This document shows positions 52,432 to 62,000 of a stretch of DNA of 64,000 nt, piece after piece. The notes beneath the pieces were generated by a model. That model was not told the DNA's origin and searched no databases. It saw nothing but the letters and a program-made list of their open reading frames with translations. This stretch comes from an uncultured Phycisphaerales bacterium. Its GTDB lineage: Bacteria > Planctomycetota > Phycisphaerae > Tepidisphaerales > Tepidisphaeraceae. Position 1 is the first letter of the stretch, and each line of letters begins with the position of its first letter. The position numbers and the translations under genes are program-made. The stretch covers positions 2,528,001 to 2,592,000 of the forward strand of contig CAVWVQ010000003.1 of assembly GCA_963758525.1 (NCBI GenBank). The letters run 5' to 3'.

Positions 52432-53520
52432 TTATTTCACCAGAGTGACCGTGCCGTTGGTGCTTACCTTGACGGTGCGGTTGCCGGAGTTATTGCTCCA
52501 TTCGTAGAAGTCCCAGGTCGCCAGGAAGAGCCGGGTCGCGCCTTTGGGGGCGACGAACTGCTGTGCGACTCCCGCCGAGTTCTGCCCGTCGCCGATGAAG
52601 AAGATCTGCTTGAGCTGCGGCTTGAGGACCGAGAAGTCGCGGCTCGCGGCAGAGCTGAAGTCCAGGCTCGACGGCGCCGGGGTTGTATTGGGCGCCGAGT
52701 CATCCAGGAAGACGCCAACCAGGGCATTGATCGGGGCCAGCACGTCGGCAATTCCATTCTCGCTGTACATCGTGTTCGAATAGTCTCCCGATTCCACCGG
52801 GGTCAGGTTGTTGTGCCCGATGTTGTCCAGTTCCCCGTCCGGCTCGTAGTCGGACATGTTGGGGTCGTGACGGGCGGTGCCGGTGATCGAGGTAAAGGTC
52901 AGACTCGTCCCGCCGCCGATCGGCATCCCGAGCACTGTCGGCGATTCGAGCGCGTTGGTGCTGTTGCCCGCGTGATCCACGTCATGGTGCGGATTGATCT
53001 CGCTGGCCGTGCTGCCGGCGGGCATTCCCGACAGGAACGGGTTGGCAGTTGCCTGAACCAGTTGATTCACGTTGAGCGGGGGCACCAGCAGGGCGGTAGC
53101 ACTGGTATGAATATCCAGCGATTTAAAGCCCAGCGCCGGCGCGAACATCATTCCCAGGCCCGTTCCGCGTGAGGTCAGAAAAGCGGCCGAGCATTGTGCC
53201 GCGTTGATGTTTGAGCCGCCGGGGGTGAAGGTTCTGCGTGTCGTATCCCAGTAGCCGAGGACCACGTCGCTTGGCTGAAGGACGACTGGTTTGCCGTCCG
53301 CCTTGTTGCGCCCGGCGATATCGATCGCGTCAGCGACCGAGGTTCCGGTGGTGATTCCGTAAGCCGCGCTGCGTGCCGCCGCGTCGGCGGCGATGTGCAA
53401 CTGCGTCTTGACCATCTGGGCTCTGCCCAGGTCGACTGCCAGAGAGCAGAAGCCGAGCATTGCCGCCATGGTAACCAGAACGTAGATCAGAACCGCGCCT
53501 TTCCGTTTTCTCGTAAGCAT
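52432..53520 (-). CDS. tadG: orphan TadG-like pilus-associated protein
   Basis: RKRKG|AVL...AVDLG....KTQL..AADAAA, DVVLGYWD; variable C-terminal beta domain; hairpin at 52381-52406 downstream. Confidence 0.82.
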   Translation of the reverse strand: MLTRKRKGAVLIYVLVTMAAMLGFCSLAVDLGRAQMVKTQLHIAADAAARSAAYGITTGTSVADAIDIAGRNKADGKPVVLQPSDVVLGYWDTTRRTFTPGGSNINAAQCSAAFLTSRGTGLGMMFAPALGFKSLDIHTSATALLVPPLNVNQLVQATANPFLSGMPAGSTASEINPHHDVDHAGNSTNALESPTVLGMPIGGGTSLTFTSITGTARHDPNMSDYEPDGELDNIGHNNLTPVESGDYSNTMYSENGIADVLAPINALVGVFLDDSAPNTTPAPSSLDFSSAASRDFSVLKPQLKQIFFIGDGQNSAGVAQQFVAPKGATRLFLATWDFYEWSNNSGNRTVKVSTNGTVTLVK

Positions 53521-53788
53521 GTTTCTCCGTTGTTGGGGGTAACGGAACATGCCTCGTATTTCGCGGTGCGCGGGAGAAATTTGCTCTTTGGGACTGCGAA
53601 TCGTATGTCCCAACGGCAGGATGGGGGAAATCTAGTGAGCGGTGCAGGCGCGGCCACGCGCTTTTCCAAAAAACCCCAAGTTTTGCGGCAAAGTTCCTTG
53701 CGTTTTCCTCGGGAATAGCCTTAGTATGAGTGTTTTCTTGAGCTCCTCGGCGTTAGGGATTTCCCCGGCGCGAGGGAAAGAGAGCCAT

Positions 53789-54661
53789 TTGCCGCCTGAA
53801 ATCGCCGAAAACACGAGATTACAACCTCTTTTTCCCGCCCTTGGCGTGGTCGACGCCGCCCTGTACGAATACTTCCGCCGGTCCGAGAAGATGGGCTGGT
53901 CGCCATATGACTTGGCTGAGCAAAGCCAGATTCAGGCGATCGCCCGACCGGAGCGTATCAGCGAAGTACAGCTGTCAGCCGTCAAGACCGTCCTCTTTGT
54001 AGAGGACCATCTGCCCGGATATCTGGCTGAATATCTGCGCATTATGACCGATCCGGACATGCCGGACGATCAGCAGATTATGAACCGCAAGGTTCTGCAC
54101 TTCACGTTCCGATGGGTTTCCGAAGAAGATCGCCACGCCCACGTGCTGGGAATGTATCTGACCAACACCGGCCTGGTTCCGGCGGCTGAATTGGAAGAGG
54201 AGACCCTGCGCGAACGCCGCACGGCCTATAACTTCCCCTTCGATCACCGCACCAATATGGTGGAAGGATTCATCTACCTGGCCCTGCAGGAGAAGGCGAC
54301 GCATCTGTATTATCGCGCTCTGGCGCAGGATATCGATGAACCGCTGCTGAAGACGGTGCTCGGAAAGATGGGCGCCGATGAGGCAAGCCACGGGGCGTTT
54401 TTCTACAATATTCTGATTGAATCATTCAAAGGGGATCTGGACCTGCTGGCGAAAAAGATTTCTGCGGTGGCCAACGAGTTCAAGATGCCGGTGCAGAACA
54501 ATCTGATCAATTACCGCCGGCAGTTGCTGGGAATGATGCGGGCCGCGCCGAGTTACAAACATCCCGACGTCTTTGCAAACATGATGGAAGCGGTGGAGAA
54601 AGCGGCAAAGAAGTACAGCCGCGATTCACTGGACCTGGTTTCGCCGGAGATCAGGGAGTAG
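53789..54661 (+). CDS. acyl-ACP desaturase-like ferritin/di-iron protein
   Basis: VEDHLP, WVSEEDRH, QEKAT, DEASH; start uncertain (53726 or 53789). Confidence 0.8.
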   Translation: MPPEIAENTRLQPLFPALGVVDAALYEYFRRSEKMGWSPYDLAEQSQIQAIARPERISEVQLSAVKTVLFVEDHLPGYLAEYLRIMTDPDMPDDQQIMNRKVLHFTFRWVSEEDRHAHVLGMYLTNTGLVPAAELEEETLRERRTAYNFPFDHRTNMVEGFIYLALQEKATHLYYRALAQDIDEPLLKTVLGKMGADEASHGAFFYNILIESFKGDLDLLAKKISAVANEFKMPVQNNLINYRRQLLGMMRAAPSYKHPDVFANMMEAVEKAAKKYSRDSLDLVSPEIRE

Positions 54662-54774
54662 GTCGCACTTTTCGCTACAACAAATACAACAAATTAAACG
54701 CCTGCGGAGCTTGCTCCGTAGGTATCTGCTTATCCGAGGAACCTACACGGCAAGCGGTGTAAGCTTTTAGCGGA

Positions 54775-55779
54775 TCACCCGCTCGTCTGCCGGTCTCCAT
54801 CTGTTGCATAGCTGCGCACGCCTGCGTTGGTCAGTCGCAACAACGCGTCCTGCGCGCTGGTTCCTGAGGCCGCGCCGACATCGCTTTCAGTCAATCCATC
54901 GCCGAGCAGCGTCACTTCATCGCCGGTCTTATCATTTGCCGCGGCTTCGACGTACGCCGACTGCATTCCGACTTCGAGGATGCGCGAGGGCCGGCCATTG
55001 ACCAGGCACGGGCCAGGGCGAACGCCGTTGGAGTAGCCGGCGAGGATAACCCCGTGGCGAACGGCAGTGAAGCCGGTGTACCCGGCGGGGCCAGTGGTAT
55101 CGCGGACATCGACAAGATTCGTCGTGACGCGCACGGCGCCGCGGTATAGGGCCAACCCGGGACGCACCGCATCGAGTCGGGCACCGGGTTCGTCCAACAG
55201 GGCAGAAGCGGCGGCGTGCAGCCGCAGCCCGCGGCCGCCGACGAGAGCGATGAGCTGCTGAACCTGACCAGGACGCAGCGCGTGGGTAAACGCTTCGTCG
55301 CAAGCGCCGGCCGCTAGCACCGCGTCGATTTGTGTCGGCGGGCACGAGAACCGCTGCATGCCGGTGTCGACAGACAGAATTGGTCGGGCCAATCGCAGTG
55401 CGGCTGCGCGTTCCGCGGTCCAGACAGCGGGCCGGACATGATGCTCAAGATAGTCTGATCGATCCGCCCCGGGATCAGGGCCAAGGGCCATGCTGGTTCT
55501 TCCAGTCGTTTCCCAGATCCGCGCGGCGATCGCCTCCGCAAGACTGAAGACACAAAATCCGTCGACCAATTCCCTCAATGCCTGAACGACGTGCTGCGCT
55601 CCAAGTCCGTACGCATCAGCTTTGACGACCGCAAGGATCGGCACTCCGACGTGCGCAGCGACGGCGGCGGCATTGCGCCGCACCTGATCCAGATCCACGC
55701 GAACGCTGATGTATTTGCCTGGCGACACGTCGGCATTGAACCCGTGCGCGGCCGACGCGTCCAGCCGCGCTCCGGCCAA
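54775..55779 (-). CDS. alr: alanine racemase (compact)
   Basis: AVVKADAYGLG (PLP lysine), VDTGM.R, VRPG..LY, GYTG, GYSNG; true start probably near 55730. Confidence 0.85.
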   Translation of the reverse strand: MAGARLDASAAHGFNADVSPGKYISVRVDLDQVRRNAAAVAAHVGVPILAVVKADAYGLGAQHVVQALRELVDGFCVFSLAEAIAARIWETTGRTSMALGPDPGADRSDYLEHHVRPAVWTAERAAALRLARPILSVDTGMQRFSCPPTQIDAVLAAGACDEAFTHALRPGQVQQLIALVGGRGLRLHAAASALLDEPGARLDAVRPGLALYRGAVRVTTNLVDVRDTTGPAGYTGFTAVRHGVILAGYSNGVRPGPCLVNGRPSRILEVGMQSAYVEAAANDKTGDEVTLLGDGLTESDVGAASGTSAQDALLRLTNAGVRSYATDGDRQTSG

Positions 55780-56055
55780 CCGATCTGAGAGCCGCTATTG
55801 GCGGGGAGCGGCCGGCGGAAGCGCCGCCGATCCTCGCCACAAGAAATTGACACCGACCCCATCCGACGAAAAGGTCCGTTCCGCGGGGTGCATCACCTTT
55901 TCCGATTGTACGGCCCGTAGCGAAGTTAAGGGGCACGCACGACGGTCCGACGAACACTGGGACCTCTGTTGCTGAGGACGTGGTCCCATAGGCAGTTGCG
56001 GCGGCGGGGTCGTCCGCTCAGTGCGGCGCCATGCGCGAATATTTTGGAGCTATGC

Positions 56056-59000
56056 ATGTCACATCAGTTCGATTCGTCGCTGGTCCGTTCTCCTCATTCC
56101 AAAGAGTCGGCCCTGGCAACGGCTGCCAGGCGGCGGCGGGTCGCGCAGGCAGTCGTAGAGGCGCTGGAAAATCGGCGGCTGTTCTCCACCATCACGGTGA
56201 CGACACTGGTCGATACCACCAACTATCCGACTTCGGTCACAATCAGCCAGTTGAACGCAACCCCGGTCAGCTTCCGCGATGCCATCAATGCGGTGAACAA
56301 CACCGGCGGCAATGACACCATCAACTTTGCGGCCAGTCTTACCGCCGGCGGCCCGGCGACCATCACGCTGAATGGATCGGAACTGCTTCTGAACGACACC
56401 AGCGGCACGCTGACCATCGACGGTCCCGCAGCCAATCTTCTCACGATCAGCGGCAATAATGCCAACCGGGTTTTTGAAGTTGCCAGTGGATCGACCGCTG
56501 CGATCGACGGCGTCACGATCACCGGGGGGAACGGGGCAGGTAATAGTGGCGGTGCAATCCTCAGCCACGGTGCGCTGACCATTGCAGAGAGCACCATCAG
56601 CGGCAACTCCGCTGGGGGTGCAGGGTACGGCTATGGTGGGGCGATCTACGAATACGGGAGTAATTTAACTCTCCAGGGATGTACGATTGCCTCCAACTCC
56701 GGGGGGTGGCTCGGTGGCGGCATTTTCGCCGGAAGTACTAATCTGAAAATCTCTGACAGTACCATTACCGGAAACAGCGCCCGATACGGCGGCGCCATGT
56801 ACACAGACTTTGACACGGCAACAATTTCCGACAGCACGATCAGCGGAAACACGGCAAATCTCGGAAGTGCGATCTATGGGTATCGCTCAAATAACACGCT
56901 GCAAAACACGATTCTGACCGGAAGCACCAGCACTTTCGGCACTTCTTTCAGCGGCTCTTACAACCTCCTGGGCCCCGGCATCACTGTCGGAGGCAGCCAC
57001 AACATCGTTGAAAGCAGCGTAGCGGCCGTTGGTCTAGGCACATTGGGCAACTATGGCGGTCCAACCCAGACCATCCCAGTGCTCGCCGGCAGCCCGGCAA
57101 TCAACGCCGGGAGCAATTCGCTCGCTGTTGACGGCAGCGGCAACGCGCTCACCACTGACCAGCGCGGTATCGGTTATGCGCGGCAAGTCGGCGGCGTTGT
57201 GGATATCGGCGCGTTCGAAGTACAGACATTGAGCGTCACCGCCAATACCACAAACCGTGCTGCCAGCGCCGCGACCCTCACGATCGCCGGGAGCGCCTTT
57301 GATCCGACAGCGGCGAACGACTCCGTCACGTTCAACAATGGCGCGGTGGGCACCGTCACGTCTGCCACTCCCGGCACGCTCACCGTCACGCTCACCACCG
57401 CCCCGACGGCCGGCGCGCTGACTGCTGTCGTTACCGCGGATGGAAGTAGCAGCGGCAGCCCGGTGCAGGTCGCCACGATCGTCCCAGTCGTGACTTCCAG
57501 TACCGCAAATCTCGCTGCGAACGCGACAAGCTTGACCATCGGCGGCGTCGGTTTCGATCCAACCATCGCCCATGACAGCGTCGTCTTCAACGACGGCGCC
57601 GTGGGCAGCGTCACCGCAGCGACTGCGACGAGCCTGACGATTTCACTTTCCAGCGACCCGACCTCGGCTGGCAGTCTCACCGCTGTTGTGACGACCAATA
57701 GTCAGAGCAGCGGGAGCGCGGTGCAGGTTGCCGCCGTCGTTCCCGTGGTGACTTCCAGCACCGCGAACCTTGCCGCGAACGCGACGAGCTTGAGCATCGC
57801 CGGCGTCGGTTTCGATCCAACCATCGCCCATGACAGCGTCGTCTTTAATGATGGTGCCGTGGGCAGCGTGACGGCGGCGACGCCGACGAGCCTGACGGTT
57901 TCCCTGTCCAGCGAGCCGACCTCGGCCGGCAGTCTCACTGCTGTTGTGACAACCAATAGTCAGAGCAGCGGGAGCGCTGTGCAGGTTGCCACGGTAGTTC
58001 CCGTCGTGACCTCCAGCAGCACGAGTCTTCCCATCACCGCAACGAGCGTCACCATCGCCGGCTTCGGATTCGATCCGACGATTGGTAATGACGCCGTGGT
58101 CTTCAATGACGGCGCGGTCGGCCAGGTGACCTCCGCCAACAGCAACTCGCTCACGGTGACGTTCTCGGCTCCGCCGGCTTCGACCGGCAGCCTGGTCACC
58201 GTCGTGACCGTCGACGGCGTCAGCAGCGGCGCACCCGTGCAAGTGGCAACCGTGACAGCCGTCAGTCCTACCGTTACCACACCGACGCAGGCGAATCTCA
58301 CCAGCGTTACTGCCACCCTCGGCGGGGACGTGACCAGCGATGGAAGCACATCGATCATCGATCGCGGCGTGCTGTATTCACTCACTTCGGTCAACGCAAA
58401 TCCGACCATCGGCGGGACGGGCGTAACCGAAGTCGACGATGCCGCGTCAACGACCGGGACGTTCACGGAAAACGTGGCAAATCTGTCGGAGAACAGCGCG
58501 TACACGTACGTGGCGTTCGCCACCAACGGCGTCGGCACCAGCTATTCGCCGGTCGATACGTTTCAAACCCAGCCGACCCTGGTCGTCAATACGGCCGGCG
58601 ACCCGAACACCCCCGTTGACGGCGACACCAGCCTGCGGGAAGCGATCGCCTACGCGGACTCCCTCGGCGGAGACCAGACGATCAGCTTCGATCCAACTCT
58701 CACTGCCAACGGCCCGGCGACGATCACGCTGAATGGATCGGAACTGGATCTTGACGACCCCATCGGCACATTGACCATCGACGGTCCCGGAGCCAACCTG
58801 CTCACGATCGACGGCAATAATGCCAGCCGGGTCCTTTCAATCGTCTCACATGCCGCAATCGACGGGGTCACAATCACGGGCGGGAATCCGCATCCGCACA
58901 CGCTTTTCGGTGGTGCAGTCCTTGTCGCCTTTGCCACGGCGACGATTACAGACAGCACCATCACCGGCAACGCCAATACGGATCCAACTTCAGGCGGGTA

Positions 59001-62000
59001 CGGCGGAGGCATCTACGCCTACCGTTCTAGTTTAAATATCCAGGGATGCACCATCTCGTCCAACAGCGCATTCTACGGCGGCGGCATTCACGCGGAGCAG
59101 ACCTCTCTGGTCATCTCTAACAGCACGATTACGGGGAACACCGCCAGAAATGGAGGGGCCATCGCAGCATACTTCGGGACATTGGCAATCTCGGACTCGA
59201 CCATCACCGGCAACACGGCGACGTCAGGCTCTGCTGGAATCACGGGCGACCTTGCAGCCTCGTACGACACGATCAACAACACGATTCTGACTGACGGCAC
59301 TCCCCCTTATTTATCTTCCTACTTCGGCGGCTCCTACGACATTTTGGGACCGAGTGTTGCGGTAACGGGGAGCAACAATATCGTCGTAAGCGACGCAGCG
59401 GCAGTTGGCCTCGGAGCACTGGGCAATTACGGCGGTCCGACCGAAACGATCCCGCTGCTTTCCGGCAGCCCGGCGATCAACGCCGGCAGCAATTCTCTAG
59501 CCGTCGACATCAACGGCAACGCTCTGACTACCGACCAGCGCGGCGTTGGTTTCGGGCGCGAAATCGCCGGTGTTGTGGATATTGGCGCGGATGAATTTCA
59601 GTCAATAACCGTCACGCCAGACACCGCCGGCCTCGCCAACAGCGCGACTACCCTGACGATTGCCGGCATCGGTTTTGACCCGACGGCGGCCAACGATTCA
59701 GTGGTATTCAACGACGGCGCGGTCGGCACCGTCACGTCGGCCAGCGTCGGTTCACTCACCGTGACATTCACCACAGCTCCGACTATCGGTGGTCTGACGG
59801 CGATCGTCACTTCTGACGGGACCAACAGCGGGGCCGCCGTGCAAGTGGCGAATGTGTTTGCCGCTCCGACCGTCACGACGCCGACGCAGGCGAATCTCAC
59901 CAACACTGACGTGACGCTGGGAGGCGATGTGACCAGCGATGGCGGGTCAGCGGTTATCACTCGCGGCGTGCTCTATTCACTCACCGCGGTCAACGCGAAT
60001 CCAACCATCGGCGGGGCGGGCGTCACCGAAGTGGATGATGCCTCGGCGACCACCGGGACCTTCACGGAAAACGTGACGAACCTGCCGGAAAACGGCGCTG
60101 ACAGCTATGTGGCGTTCGCCACCAACGCCGCGGGCACCAGCTACACGCCGGTGGATACGTTCCAGACCCAGCCGAGCCTTATCGTCAACACGACCAGCGA
60201 CCCGGCAACTGCCGTCGACGGCTTCACCAGCCTGCGGGAAGCGATCGCGTATGCGGATACGCTCGGTGGAAACCAGACGATCAGCTTCGATCCCAGTCTG
60301 ACTGCCAGCGGCCCGGCGACGATCACGCTCAATGGATCTGAATTGCTTTTAAACGATACGAGCGGCACGGTGACGATCGACGGCCCGGCAGCCGATCTCC
60401 TTACGATCAGCGGCAATCATGCCAGCAGGGTTTTTGACGTTGCCATAGGATCAAAGCACCAGATCGATGGAGTCACGATCACGGACGGAAGATCCTCAGA
60501 TGGCGGCGCCGGGATCCGGGACCTGGGCACCCTGACGATTTCGAACAGCACCCTCACCGGAAACACCGACCTGCCAGGGAATGGCAGGTCGTATGGCGGC
60601 GCGATCTATGCTAGCGGGCCATTGACCGTGCAAGGCTGCACGATCTCGTCCAACCAATCGAAGTACGGGGGCGCCATCTTCTCGCGTGACGCGCAGTTGA
60701 CCATTTCTGACAGCACAATTGCGGGAAACACCGCCCAAAACTTGGGAGGCGCCATTTGGAAAGAAGGCGGCGCCCTTGCGATCTCCGACAGCACCATCAC
60801 AGGAAACACGGCAAGGTCCGACGACGGGATACTTGCGTATGTCGTGAGCGCCACGCTGAATAACACGATTCTGACCGACAGCGGCAGCGGCTACAGCTCA
60901 ACTCTCAGCGGCTCTTACAACATCCTGGGCCCGAACACGGGGGTGACGGGCAGCAACAACATCGTCGAAAGCACCGTGGCAGCGGTGGGCCTGGGAACCC
61001 TCGGCAATTTCGGCGGCACGACCCAAACTATCCCGCTGCTCCCCGGCAGCCCCGCCATTGATGCGGGCAGCAATGCTCTCGCAGTCGACGGCAACGGCAA
61101 TGCGCTGACCACCGACCAGCGCGGCGCGGGTTTTCAGCGGACCATCGGCGCCTCGGTGGACGTCGGCGCGTACGAAACCCCCGGCTTTACGATCGCCGCC
61201 ACCACCGGCAGCGGTCAGTCCACCAGCGCCGGGTCTGCCTTTGCAACGTCGCTGGGCGTGCATGTGACGGCGAACGATTCCGACTTGACCGACCTGACCG
61301 GCGGCATGATCACGCTGACCGCGCCCTCCAGCGGCGCCGGCGCTACGTTCTCCAGCGCTCCCATCGTGCTCGACAGCAGCGGCGACGGCAGCACCACTGC
61401 AACGGCCAACAATATCACCGGCATTTACACCGTCAGCGCCTCTGCCGGCGGAGTCGCCAACAGCGCCACCTTTTCCTTGACGAACCTCGTCACCGCGCTG
61501 GCCACCCCGACCGTGACGGTCAGCGATACCGGCGGTGTTTACAACGGCAGTGCGTATCCCGCGACCGCGCTCGTTGCCGGCACCGATGCAAACCCCGTTG
61601 CCAGCCTCGAGGGAGTAACTCCGACTGTCGCGTATTACGTTGGTTCCACTGCGACGGGCGCCAGCTCTTCCACCGCGCCAACCGACGCCGGAACGTATAC
61701 CGTCGTTGCCTCATTCGCCGGCAGTACCGATTACACCGCGGCAGTCTCCCTGCCGACAACCTTCACCATCAGCCACGCCCCGGTGACGGTTTCACTGTCG
61801 AATCTCACGCAGACTTATGATGGCTCGGCGAAGCTCGCCGCCGCCACGACAGCGCCCGATCAGATTTCGACAACGATTCTGTACCGCCAGCATGGTCATC
61901 TGGTCGCTTCGCCAACCGAGGCCGGAAGCTACGGGGTGTTTGCCTTCGTGAATGACGCCAACTACAGCGGCTCGACCCATGGCACCCTGGTGATTCAGCC

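Noticed and set aside
56185..61180. Diversity-generating retroelement target
   Set aside because: No reverse transcriptase or template repeat in the window; differences are not adenine-specific and include indels
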